A DNA stretch of 64,000 nt from Patescibacteria group bacterium (GTDB taxonomy: Bacteria > Patescibacteriota > Patescibacteriia > Patescibacteriales > UBA12465). A program made the translations under genes and the position numbers. The stretch covers positions 192,851 to 256,850 of the forward strand of contig JBAZNJ010000002.1 in assembly GCA_041649315.1 (NCBI GenBank). The letters run 5' to 3'. The notes under the pieces are model-generated. The model was given only the letters and a program-made list of their open reading frames with translations, did not search any database and was not told the origin of the DNA. Below, one piece after another: positions 46,095-55,234 of the stretch. Within the stretch, counting starts at the first letter, position 1. Every line of letters starts with the position of its first letter.

Positions 46095-46571
46095 TTAAAA
46101 TTTATCCTTAATTTTTATAATCCGATCCGCTTTAATTTTTGCTTCCTGTTCCAGAAAAAATTTGTTAACGCCTGGGATAAGCTTAAGCCAACGCTTAATC
46201 AGATCGATTATCTTACTGATTTTAACTTTAGTCCTGTCTAAAAGCTCTCCGATTTTTATCGCGGTCTCCTCCCCGCGCTCTTTGAATTCTTTTTGTTTTG
46301 CCGGATCCATTTTTAAAAAGACTTCATTAAGGCCGGCGGATAAAATACTATCAATTTCTAAAATCCGCTTTTGCTTATAGCTTGTTGCCTTGGCGACCGG
46401 ACTAATACCGGCTTCCCCAGCTTTAGCCTGCGGCAAAGCTTTCGCCTCAACTTTCTCAGCCGAAACTAGCCGCGCTTCCTGGGACGCGGCCGGAACTTCC
46501 GGCTTACTTTCCGGACTTATAGCCGGAATATTTTCAATTTTCGGTTCAACGATTATTTTCTCTCCAGCCAT
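46095..46571 (-). CDS. Hypothetical protein translationally adjacent to the coupling-protein-like ATPase
   Basis: The stop lies 2 nt before the ATPase start. ATG 46571 (MAGEKIIV) is preferred over the track's TTG at 46604. Pro/Ala-rich N-terminal half, helical C-terminal half. Confidence 0.6.
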   Translation of the reverse strand: MAGEKIIVEPKIENIPAISPESKPEVPAASQEARLVSAEKVEAKALPQAKAGEAGISPVAKATSYKQKRILEIDSILSAGLNEVFLKMDPAKQKEFKERGEETAIKIGELLDRTKVKISKIIDLIKRWLKLIPGVNKFFLEQEAKIKADRIIKIKDKF

Positions 46572-46625
46572 ATATTTATTCCCTATAATTAGATCATAGG
46601 GCAAAATAATAAATTAAAGCTCTTC

Positions 46626-46799
46626 CTACTTTATAGAAATTGCCCCAACCGGACAATTATCCGCCGCTTCTTGCGCGCAAGGAGCCGCTTCTTTTTTAAT
46701 CGCTTCCGCTTTTCCGTCCGCGCCCATCTTAAAATTCTCTGGGCAAGAAGCGACGCATAAACCACAGCCGACACACTTATTTTTGTCCACTTTAACCAT
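46626..46799 (-). CDS. Small monocluster [4Fe-4S] ferredoxin (57 aa), absent from the ORF track
   Basis: Hand translation: MVKVDKNKCVGCGLCVASCPENFKMGADGKAEAIKKEAAPCAQEAADNCPVGAISIK*. The CxxCxxCxxxCP ... C ... CP pattern matches Thermotoga-type ferredoxins. Confidence 0.85.
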   Translation of the reverse strand: MVKVDKNKCVGCGLCVASCPENFKMGADGKAEAIKKEAAPCAQEAADNCPVGAISIK

Positions 46800-47046
46800 A
46801 ATATTATTCTTAATTTTACTTAAATTTTATCCTTTATCTACCATATTCATTCGCCGCCGAATAAGCCGCCGGCAAACCTGATTTTTACCTTTTTATTATA
46901 CCATATTATCAAAAAAATAAAATCTTTTATTTTTCTTTAAAAATCCAAACTACAAGCCCTAAAAATAAGATATATTTTATTTATTATTAGTCGGCAAGAC
47001 GAAAAAAATCCACTTTTTAGCCACTTTTTTAACACTTTTTATCAAC

Positions 47047-47065
47047 CTGTTGATATCCTGTTGAC
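47047..47065 (+). promoter_or_regulatory. Direct-repeat box CTGTTGA-TATC-CTGTTGA (copy 1), candidate regulator binding site
   Basis: A 7-bp direct repeat with 11-bp phasing. The 18-mer TGTTGATATCCTGTTGAC is identical at 60055-60072. Confidence 0.55.
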
Positions 47066-47253
47066 GATTTGGTGATATTCTGTGTTTACAGACAATCGCG
47101 ACAAAGATAGAATAAGGTTGTAAAGTGTAAGCATTTTTTGAAAAATAAAGTCCTGAGAATAATCAAACTAGATTAGCAGACTTAATTAATCGAAAAATGA
47201 GCCAAAAAGCAAAAAGTATTTCTTTAACAATTTATAACCCTAAAAATTAAACA

Positions 47254-47682
47254 ATGGAAACAACTAATAATCTTAAGCAGGCATCTAAAGTAGATAGGCC
47301 TCTTAATCGAGTATGTGAAATATACTACCCGACCGAAGAACATCCTTATGTCAGTCCGGAATTTTCACCGTCTTTCACAGTCAAAGCTTATCTATTTGCC
47401 AGAGAACAAAGCAAATTCATGAAAAAATGGAGTATGGAAGAATACGAACAAAGACAAAGAGAAAGACGGAAAGTTCTTAATATATGGAAAGAAATGCTGG
47501 ATTGCTCAGCAGACCATGCGGAAAAAAAGTATATCAACCAAGCGGCTAAAATAATCGTAAAGTATCTTTACGTCGCTTGCGCCGCCCCGCAATCAGAAAA
47601 AAATTCATCTTCTGACAATCCAAACGATTCCGGGAAGATATTAGAAAATTTTAATTACGGCGGCAGGAGAAACGTGGCCTAA
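47254..47682 (+). CDS. Hypothetical protein (142 aa)
   Basis: An ORF with a plausible start, preceded by the conserved box. No recognisable domain. Confidence 0.5.
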   Translation: METTNNLKQASKVDRPLNRVCEIYYPTEEHPYVSPEFSPSFTVKAYLFAREQSKFMKKWSMEEYEQRQRERRKVLNIWKEMLDCSADHAEKKYINQAAKIIVKYLYVACAAPQSEKNSSSDNPNDSGKILENFNYGGRRNVA

Positions 47683-47732
47683 ATGACCTCTGTTAACTAC
47701 GACCTGTCCGCCGTAAACCAGACCTGTAGACC

Positions 47733-47766
47733 AAAACGCCAATCTAAAAGATTGGCGTTTTAATTT
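47733..47766. terminator. Strong bidirectional terminator
   Basis: 12-bp stem AAAACGCCAATC (47733-47744) with GATTGGCGTTTT (47750-47761). Confidence 0.75.
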
Positions 47767-47879
47767 TCTGACATTCAACTCCTTAAATCGCTCAATCTTA
47801 ATGGATCCTCTACCCACAACCAAAAAATAATCTAAATGTCCGTCAGCCACAACTCGCTCCCTTGTGAATCTCCTCTCCG

Positions 47880-47908
47880 TTGACATCCCTTAATATTTTT
47901 GTTATATT
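47880..47908 (+). promoter_or_regulatory. Promoter of rpmA
   Basis: TTGACA (47880-47885), 17 nt spacer, extended -10 TGTTATATT (47900-47908). Confidence 0.6.
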
Positions 47909-47994
47909 CAAACCATAAAAATTAAGTCAATCTGAAATGTCAGTCTCTTAAGGGGTCTGTCGCCGAGAACTCGCATTTTAGAGCAACAATAACT

Positions 47995-48351
47995 ATGGCA
48001 CATAAGAAAGCCGCGGGTTCAACCTCGCTCGGCCGCGATTCTGAAAGTAAGCGTCTCGGCGTTAAATTATCCGACGGTCAATGGGCAAAAGCCGGCGCGA
48101 TTATTATCCGCCAACGCGGAACAAAATATCGTCCGGGTCTTAATGTTAAAAAAGGCAAAGATGATACTCTTTTCGCTTTAAAAGGTGGATTAGTAAAATT
48201 CACCACTAAAAAAATAAGGAAATTTGATAATTCCCTGGAATCATGCAAACTGGTTAACGTGGTCGCGCCGGAAAAAAATATTTCGACCGGAGAAAAGAAA
48301 AAATCGGCCCCGAAAAAAGTAGTTAAAGCGAAAAAGGTTGTAAAGAAATAA
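47995..48351 (+). CDS. rpmA: 50S ribosomal protein L27 with a lysine-rich C-terminal extension
   Basis: [24 protein letters not shown]... is canonical L27. There are about 30 extra residues at the C-terminus ([20 protein letters not shown]). Confidence 0.92.
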   Translation: MAHKKAAGSTSLGRDSESKRLGVKLSDGQWAKAGAIIIRQRGTKYRPGLNVKKGKDDTLFALKGGLVKFTTKKIRKFDNSLESCKLVNVVAPEKNISTGEKKKSAPKKVVKAKKVVKK

Positions 48352-48385
48352 ACTCTAACCGAAAATAAATTATATTCTGGCCTAA

Positions 48386-48418
48386 TAAAAAAACCGCTCC
48401 TTTCCAGAGCGGTTTTTG
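48386..48418. terminator. Bidirectional terminator between rpmA and pyrG
   Basis: AACCGCTC (48392-48399) pairs with GAGCGGTT (48407-48414). An A-run and a T-run flank it. Confidence 0.7.
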
Positions 48419-48455
48419 CTAAAAGCTGCTATTTTTTAGTGCTTGATAAAAATAT

Positions 48456-50114
48456 TTATTTTTTAGCCCGCTCCCGACAAACCCGGACAAATTCCGTAAA
48501 TAAAGGATGCGGCGCCAAAGGGCGGGAAATATACTCGGGGTGAAATTGGACGCCGACAAAAAACGGATGCTTAGTGATTTCCACTGCCTCGACGATTTTA
48601 CCGTCCGGTGAAGTGCCGGCAATGGTCAAACCTAAATTCTCAAAAATTTCCCGATAATCATTGTTAAATTCATAACGATGGCGATGGCGCTCGGAAACCG
48701 TCTTCTTGTCGGTAAACCTAGCATAGGCCCGCGCCAAACACGTGCCGGCCTTGACCCGACAAGGCCAGCCGCCGAGCCGAATCGTGCCGCCATAGCCCTT
48801 CTCTTTAATTAATTTTTCCTGGCCGGGCATGATATGGATTACCGGATTCTTGGTTTTCGGATCGACTTCAGCCGAATTCGCATCTTTTAAATTAGCGACA
48901 TTGCGAGCAAACTCAATAACTGCCATTTGCATGCCATAACACAGGCCAAAATACGGCAAGCCCTTTTCCCGGCAATATCTAATAGTTTTAATCTTCCCTT
49001 CCGCGCCCCGGCCGCCCCAACCCTGCGGAACGATAATCCCATCAAGGCCCTTAAGAATTCCGACTCCTTTCTTTTCAACTTCTTCGGCCCCAAGCCAATG
49101 GATTTTAACTTTACATTTCACTTCGGCGGTCGCGTGTTTAATTGCTTCAATTACGGAGATATAGGAATCGCCGAGAGAAAAATCCCCGCTGGCAAAATAC
49201 TTGCCGACGATACCGATATTAACGACCGGCCGCGCGGTCTTAACTGCCGCAACCATCTTTTTCCATTCCTGATTATTTGAACGCCGGCGCGGTAAGTCAA
49301 ATTTTTCCAAAATCCGTTCGCCTAGATTATCTTTTTCAAAATTAAGCGGAATATCATAGATTGATTCTACATCCGGCGCGGCAATTACCTTATCAATCGG
49401 AACATTGCAATTAACCGATAACTTTTCCCGCCGGGCCATATCAATCGGCCGCTCACTGCGGGCAATCAAGAAATCCGGTTGGATACCGGCGCTCTGCAAG
49501 CTCCGGACGGCATGCTGGGTCGGTTTGGTCTTCATCTCGCCGATTTTATTCGGCACCGGTAAATAAGAAACAATAACGAATAAAACGTCTTTCGGCTTAT
49601 ATAACTTCATCACCCGCGCCGCTTCCAAAAATAATAGATTTTCATATTCACCAACCGTGCCGCCAATCTCAATTATCATTATTTCCGCTTTAGTTTTTTC
49701 AACTGCTTTTTCTATCCGATCGCGAATCTCCTGGGGAATATGCGGCACGACTTGGACGCATTTACCGCGATAGCCAAGATTCCGTTCCCGGGCGATAACC
49801 GATTGATAAACCCGGCCGGTTGTCATATAATTCTCCCGATAAATATTCTTATTCAAAAAACGTTCATAATTGCCGATGTCCTGATCGGTTTCATCACCGT
49901 CTTCAGTCACAAAAACTTCGCCATGCTCAATCGGATTCATGGTTCCGGCGTCAACATTAATATAGGGATCCATCTTGATCGCGCTTACGTTATAGCCGCG
50001 CGCTTGAAGAATCTGGCCGATTGAGGCGGTTGTTACTCCCTTCCCGACTCCGGACATTACTCCGCCGACTACGAAGATGAATTTTGCTTCCTTTTTTTCT
50101 GTAGACATAGGCAT
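48456..50114 (-). CDS. pyrG: CTP synthase
   Basis: GGVMSGVGKG, GLCYGMQ (the glutaminase Cys), HRHRYEFN. Confidence 0.95.
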   Translation of the reverse strand: MPMSTEKKEAKFIFVVGGVMSGVGKGVTTASIGQILQARGYNVSAIKMDPYINVDAGTMNPIEHGEVFVTEDGDETDQDIGNYERFLNKNIYRENYMTTGRVYQSVIARERNLGYRGKCVQVVPHIPQEIRDRIEKAVEKTKAEIMIIEIGGTVGEYENLLFLEAARVMKLYKPKDVLFVIVSYLPVPNKIGEMKTKPTQHAVRSLQSAGIQPDFLIARSERPIDMARREKLSVNCNVPIDKVIAAPDVESIYDIPLNFEKDNLGERILEKFDLPRRRSNNQEWKKMVAAVKTARPVVNIGIVGKYFASGDFSLGDSYISVIEAIKHATAEVKCKVKIHWLGAEEVEKKGVGILKGLDGIIVPQGWGGRGAEGKIKTIRYCREKGLPYFGLCYGMQMAVIEFARNVANLKDANSAEVDPKTKNPVIHIMPGQEKLIKEKGYGGTIRLGGWPCRVKAGTCLARAYARFTDKKTVSERHRHRYEFNNDYREIFENLGLTIAGTSPDGKIVEAVEITKHPFFVGVQFHPEYISRPLAPHPLFTEFVRVCRERAKK

Positions 50115-50200
50115 TTGACTTTTAAATGATAATATGATAAAAATTTATAATATTCTTTAACATTTTTATTTACAAACCCTAAAAACATGGAGGACTTATT

Positions 50201-50467
50201 ATGATTAATATTTATTTACCAGAATACGGATCAAGATTCATTCTGGAAAACGGCGATGGGACCAAACATCGTTTCTCTTCGCCAAACAGCATAGCCAAGA
50301 AAATCCTTCAGGACTTTCCCGAAGCAGCGGCTGATATCACGCATGGTTGGCTAGAAAATGTCGTCTTTACTGATATTAATGAAGACGATAAAAAAAATAT
50401 AATTTCCATGGTCCGGGAAAGATTCCAAAAAGAATCTTTCAAGGATACTATGGAAAATTACGATTAA
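50201..50467 (+). CDS. Hypothetical protein (88 aa)
   Basis: ORF with GGAGG 9-10 nt upstream of the ATG. No recognisable domain. Confidence 0.5.
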   Translation: MINIYLPEYGSRFILENGDGTKHRFSSPNSIAKKILQDFPEAAADITHGWLENVVFTDINEDDKKNIISMVRERFQKESFKDTMENYD

Positions 50468-50489
50468 AGGGTATTTACCCTTCAATCGG

Positions 50490-50519
50490 AGCGGTCTTTA
50501 ATAAAAGCCGCTTTTTTTT
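50490..50519 (+). terminator. Terminator-like hairpin
   Basis: AGCGG (50490-50494) pairs with CCGCT (50508-50512), followed by T8. The loop is large. Confidence 0.45.
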
Positions 50520-50525
50520 ATCTGC

Positions 50526-51833
50526 TTACTTCGCCTTCCCTTTCAAAATTTCCACGGCTTTATCAAACTGCGGATCATTTTCCTTATCAATATCTTCCGA
50601 AGTTAATTCGACTTCAATATCTGGGTCCAAACCCTTTTCGTCAATATAATCACCGGCCGGCGTGAGCCATTTAGCGATCGTGATTTTCAAGGCCGCGCCA
50701 CCGCTAAGTTCGCGCAAGCTCTGAACCGATCCCTTGCCATAAGTTGTTTCTCCGACCAGGGTCGCTTTTTTGTAATCACGCAAGGCGCCAGCTAAAATTT
50801 CTGAAGCCGAAGCGCTACCACCGTTTATCAGAACCACGGTTGGGAAACTGCTTAACCGTGCCTGGCCGTCAGCCGGATATTCATTCCGCCGATTATTATT
50901 CAACTGCTCGGCGACAATCGGGCCTTCTAAAATCCATTCTCCGGCCATCTCTACTGCCGTTTCTAAATAGCCGCCCGGATTATTGCGTAAATCCAAAATT
51001 ATACCCTTAGGATTTTCGGTTAAAGCCGTATTGACCGCCGCATTGAATAAATCAAGGGTATCATCGTTAAAGTTACTTACTTTTATCACGAAAATTCCGT
51101 CAGCGCGCAGTTCGGTCTTAACGCTCTTAACTACGATCACCGAACGGGTGATCGTTAAATCGCGCGGCTTTTCTGAACCGCGGATAATCGTTAAAGTAAC
51201 GTCGGTATCTTTCGGTCCGCGGATCCGACTAACCGCTTCATTAACACTTAAACCGAGCGCCGACTCGCCATTGATCGCGTAAATCTTATCTCCGGCGCGC
51301 AAACCAGCGGCCGCGGCCGGCATGCCGTCTAAAGGCGCGATAACCGTAATCACTTCATTACGCAAACCGATTTCCGCTCCGATACCTTCGAAGGTTCCGG
51401 CTAAATCATCAATAAACTCCTGGATTTCTTCCGGGTCCATAAACGCGGTATAAGGATCGCCGGTCGCTTCAGCTAAACCGCGGAGCGATCCGTAAAACAA
51501 ATCCTGATTATTAAGCTTGTTCTTATCGACATATTCTGTCTTAATTCCATCCCAAACTTCCCAATAAAGATTAAAATCAATAACGCTTTTCGGATCAATT
51601 TCACCGGCCGCATTCTTGGCTTCTTCTGAATAAGCGATTAAGCTCGCCGGCCGCTCATTTTTATTTTTCCCGGCCAAAAAACCAACCATAAAAATACCAG
51701 CCAACAAAACGAGCCCGGAAATAATAGCGATAATTTTTCTCTTTTTAATATTTTTAATAAAAACCATAGATTTATAAATTAGCTTAAACTCTGATTTTAC
51801 AATCTTAAACAAATCATTTAAATACCAGGACAA
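50526..51833 (-). CDS. S41 carboxy-terminal processing protease with a PDZ domain
   Basis: TM anchor. PDZ segment (GLRAGDKIYAINGES). LDLRNNPGGYL. Catalytic GSASASE and TYGKGSVQ. Confidence 0.88.
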   Translation of the reverse strand: MSWYLNDLFKIVKSEFKLIYKSMVFIKNIKKRKIIAIISGLVLLAGIFMVGFLAGKNKNERPASLIAYSEEAKNAAGEIDPKSVIDFNLYWEVWDGIKTEYVDKNKLNNQDLFYGSLRGLAEATGDPYTAFMDPEEIQEFIDDLAGTFEGIGAEIGLRNEVITVIAPLDGMPAAAAGLRAGDKIYAINGESALGLSVNEAVSRIRGPKDTDVTLTIIRGSEKPRDLTITRSVIVVKSVKTELRADGIFVIKVSNFNDDTLDLFNAAVNTALTENPKGIILDLRNNPGGYLETAVEMAGEWILEGPIVAEQLNNNRRNEYPADGQARLSSFPTVVLINGGSASASEILAGALRDYKKATLVGETTYGKGSVQSLRELSGGAALKITIAKWLTPAGDYIDEKGLDPDIEVELTSEDIDKENDPQFDKAVEILKGKAK

Positions 51834-51846
51834 TTACATTCAACCG

Positions 51847-52452
51847 CTACTTTCTTAAAACCGCGGGTTTTTCCTCCCTTAAATCAAGCACCCGCGAAGG
51901 ACGATTCCGCCGGCTCCTTCCTGAATCAATAATCAAATCCGGCTGGACATTCTTATCTAGAAAATATTTTTTTAAACCTTTCAAATCTTTCAAGGTCGGC
52001 TGGCCGCTTAAATTCAAACTAGTAGAAACTATTGGCTTGCCGACCGCCTTTAATATTTTAAGCAAAAAATCGTTTTTAGGCAAACGCGCCGCCAAGCCCT
52101 CGGAATTACCGGTTAAAATTTTTGGTAAGCGATCGCGATGTTTTAAAATTACCGTTGTTGGACGAGAATCTTCGCCCCAGATTTTTTTCAATATTTTCTC
52201 TTGGTGAGAAGAAACAAAAACATATTTTTTCAGCATCGCCCGGCTAGCGACTAAAACCGCTAACGGTTTCCCGGTCTCCCGTTTTTTCAAGCGCCTGTTT
52301 TTTTTAATCGCCCGTTCATCATCTGCTAAACAGCTTAGGCCATAAATCGTATCGGTCGGCAGAACCACCACCCGTCCCTGGCGCAAAGAATCGGCAATAA
52401 GCTTAATAAGCGTTGGCTCTGTTTTTTTTTGATTCACGCGCAAATGGATCAT
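51847..52452 (-). CDS. tsaC: L-threonylcarbamoyladenylate synthase (TsaC/YrdC family)
   Basis: VVVLPTDTIYGLSC and SLNLSGQP motifs in a roughly 200-aa single-domain protein. Confidence 0.8.
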   Translation of the reverse strand: MIHLRVNQKKTEPTLIKLIADSLRQGRVVVLPTDTIYGLSCLADDERAIKKNRRLKKRETGKPLAVLVASRAMLKKYVFVSSHQEKILKKIWGEDSRPTTVILKHRDRLPKILTGNSEGLAARLPKNDFLLKILKAVGKPIVSTSLNLSGQPTLKDLKGLKKYFLDKNVQPDLIIDSGRSRRNRPSRVLDLREEKPAVLRK

Positions 52453-52477
52453 AAGCGATTCCCGGATTAATTATTTT

Positions 52478-52993
52478 CTAAATCAATGATTTTAAAGCTT
52501 TAAGCGCCTCAGGCAACAACGGCATGATTATTTTCGTTATCCCGATTAAAAACGGCGCCACACTGGAATTAATCAATCCGTCGCCGAAAAAATTACCGAT
52601 TAGCGCATAGCGGGAAATAACATAAAGAATTAGGCCAAGAAATAAAGCACCTTCTAAAAATCCCAAAAGGGCGCCAAGTAAATTATTTATATATTTACTG
52701 CCAGGAATAACCGCGATGAATTTAAAAATTTTCTCCAATAAAACAAAGAGTAAATTAACCAATTTAGTGACAACCACAAAAATAATAATAAAAGCAATAA
52801 CCTTTCCGGCATTTTCATGCCCAGCCGCCAGATTTTTTCCCCATTCGTAAAGGTTAAGATAAAAATGGCTAGCCGCAAAAGCGCCAACCAAAAGCCCAAC
52901 CACCCGGCCGACCATCCTAATTATTCCCTTGAAAAGTCCCCTAATGATAAAACCGCCCAAAATAACTAATAAAACGATATCAAAAACTAACAT
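52478..52993 (-). CDS. cvpA: CvpA-family membrane protein
   Basis: Four TM helices. N-terminus MLVFDIVLLVILGGFIIRGLFKGIIR is typical of CvpA. Confidence 0.7.
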   Translation of the reverse strand: MLVFDIVLLVILGGFIIRGLFKGIIRMVGRVVGLLVGAFAASHFYLNLYEWGKNLAAGHENAGKVIAFIIIFVVVTKLVNLLFVLLEKIFKFIAVIPGSKYINNLLGALLGFLEGALFLGLILYVISRYALIGNFFGDGLINSSVAPFLIGITKIIMPLLPEALKALKSLI

Positions 52994-53029
52994 ACTATTT
53001 TATAAATTTAAATTCTATTATAGATTTTA

Positions 53030-54484
53030 TCAGGTTAAGCGCGGGAACAAAACATCGCCTTTATTTACCTGAGTCGCACTAAATTGAGCCTGAACTTTAG
53101 CGGCCGCCGCCGGCAAAAACGGTTCTAATAAACAGGCCAAATTTAAAATATCCTGCGCTAAAGGTTTTAAAACAGCGGCTATTTCTTTCTGGTCGCTCAT
53201 CTTCCAGGGCGCGGTCCGGCTTAAAATCTCGTCGCTATCCCTAAGCTTGTCCCAAATTGCCTGTAAGGCCTCATTAAAACGATAATCAGCCATCTTTTCT
53301 TCTATTTCGACGGCCGTCACTTTTATCCCTGGATCTTTCAAATCTACTTTTAGCGCCGTTTCGATTTTATTCTTTTCCAATAAATTAGAAACCCGCGCCG
53401 CTAAATTTCCTAAACCGTTCGCCAAATCGGCATTATAGCGTTCCCGAAATTTTTCTTCAGAATAATCGCCGTCCGCAAAAGGCGGAATCTCTGCTAATAA
53501 ATAATAACGCAAAGCGTCCGCGCCATATTTATCAACGAGCGCCAAGGGATCAATCCCATTGCCCGCGCTTTTGCTTATTTTCTGTCCATTGGCAGTTAGG
53601 AATCCGAAAACCAAGACCTGACGCGAGGCCGGCAAGCCGGCGGACATCAACATCGCCTGCCACATTGCCGCCTGCGGCCGAAGATTATCCTTGCCGCAGA
53701 CCTGGAGCGCTGGCCAATATTTTTCAAAATTTCCGGATCGATCATAATCCTCCGGCCAACCAAGCGTGGAAATATAATTAACCAAGGCATCGAACCAGAC
53801 ATACATTACTTGACTTTCATCACCGGGCACGGGAACACCGTGCGGCATCTTCTCCTTAAAACGTGAAATACTAAAATCCTGCAAACCATTAGCCACAAAA
53901 GTCTTAATTTCTTTCAAACGGCTATCCGGCCGGACAAAATTAGGATGTCTTTCATAAAGCGCCAATAATTTATCCTGATATTTAGAAAAGCGGAAGAAAT
54001 AATTTTCTTCTTCAATAATTTCTAAATCACGATCCGGATGGAGCGGGCAACGGCCGTTCTCTAGTTCTGAATCAGTTTTTTCCATCTCGCAACCGACGCA
54101 ATATTTTACTTTATACGCTTTTTTATAGATATCGCCGGCCGCCTCACAGCGCCGCCAAAACTCCTGCGCCGCTTTTTGATGTCCGGGGTCGGTCGTCCGG
54201 ATAAATTTATTATAACTCAGATTTAACTTATCCTTGAGCGGTAAGAATTTCGCCGAATACAGATCACAATATTCCTGAACCGGCATCTTCAACTCGGCGG
54301 CCTTCTGATAAATCTTTAAACCGTGCTCGTCCGTGCCGGTATTAAAAAAAACCGAATCGCCGCGCTGGATCCGATAACGCGCTATAACATCGGCCTTTAT
54401 AATCTCCGCCGCGAAGCCGATATGCGGCTCGGAATTAATATAAGGCAAAGTGGTAGTGATATAAAAATGCTTCTCGCTAGACAT
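53030..54484 (-). CDS. metG: Methionyl-tRNA synthetase (short form)
   Basis: TTTLPYINSEPHIGFA (HIGH variant), KISKSAGN (KMSKS), and a zinc knuckle CVGCEM...CPLH. Confidence 0.93.
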   Translation of the reverse strand: MSSEKHFYITTTLPYINSEPHIGFAAEIIKADVIARYRIQRGDSVFFNTGTDEHGLKIYQKAAELKMPVQEYCDLYSAKFLPLKDKLNLSYNKFIRTTDPGHQKAAQEFWRRCEAAGDIYKKAYKVKYCVGCEMEKTDSELENGRCPLHPDRDLEIIEEENYFFRFSKYQDKLLALYERHPNFVRPDSRLKEIKTFVANGLQDFSISRFKEKMPHGVPVPGDESQVMYVWFDALVNYISTLGWPEDYDRSGNFEKYWPALQVCGKDNLRPQAAMWQAMLMSAGLPASRQVLVFGFLTANGQKISKSAGNGIDPLALVDKYGADALRYYLLAEIPPFADGDYSEEKFRERYNADLANGLGNLAARVSNLLEKNKIETALKVDLKDPGIKVTAVEIEEKMADYRFNEALQAIWDKLRDSDEILSRTAPWKMSDQKEIAAVLKPLAQDILNLACLLEPFLPAAAAKVQAQFSATQVNKGDVLFPRLT

Positions 54485-54487
54485 AAA

Positions 54488-55219
54488 TTAATTTTTTTCT
54501 TTTTTTATTAAAACCACAAATTCTCCTTTTAGATTATTTGGATCATCTTGCAAATCAGTCAATACTTTTCCCGGGGAGCCGTTATAGAAACTCTCATGTA
54601 ATTTTGTTAATTCACGGGCGACCGTAACTTTTAATCCATAATCCTTATCCGCGCCATTTTCTACCGATATCTTTTTCCGGCCTTCTCTTAACAATTTCAA
54701 TTCCTCCAATAATTTAACTATTCGATGTTTGGATTCATATAAGATTACCGGATAAACGCTTGCGGCAATTTCTTTAAGCATTGTTTGCCGGCCTTTCTTA
54801 TGCGGTAAAAACCCTAAGAATAAAAAACGATCAAAACCAGCCCCGGCCAAAGACACGGCCGCGGCCAAAGCCGATGCCCCAGGAACGCTTTCAATTTTAA
54901 CTTTTCCGCCTAATTCCTCCCGCACTGTAGCAACTAACTTCCCGCCCGGGTCAGAAATCCCTGGCGTACCGGCATCAGTCGTGAGCGCTAAGTTTTTCCC
55001 GGCTTTGAGTAATTCTAAAATCTTTTCTATTTTTAATTCACCGGAATGCTGATGATAAGAAAGTGTCGGCGTCGCAATCTTATAATGATCCAACAATCTT
55101 TTAGTCACTCGCGTATCTTCGCATAAGACAAAATCAACTTCCTTTAAAATTCGCGCCGCTCGGAAGGTTAAATCTTCAAGATTACCGATCGGCGTCGCGA
55201 CAATGTATAAAATACTCAT
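54488..55219 (-). CDS. rsmI: 16S rRNA (cytidine1402-2'-O)-methyltransferase
   Basis: LYIVATPIGNLEDLTFRA...CEDTR tetrapyrrole-methylase-fold signature. Confidence 0.88.
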   Translation of the reverse strand: MSILYIVATPIGNLEDLTFRAARILKEVDFVLCEDTRVTKRLLDHYKIATPTLSYHQHSGELKIEKILELLKAGKNLALTTDAGTPGISDPGGKLVATVREELGGKVKIESVPGASALAAAVSLAGAGFDRFLFLGFLPHKKGRQTMLKEIAASVYPVILYESKHRIVKLLEELKLLREGRKKISVENGADKDYGLKVTVARELTKLHESFYNGSPGKVLTDLQDDPNNLKGEFVVLIKKEKN

Positions 55220-55234
55220 ATTATTTACCGCGGC

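Noticed and set aside
47641-47886. An 81-aa minus-strand ORF between the 47254 gene and rpmA.
   Set aside because: It reads through the 12-bp-stem bidirectional terminator (47733-47766). It overlaps the 3' end of the convergent gene, and its start lies inside the rpmA -35 element. No recognisable family.
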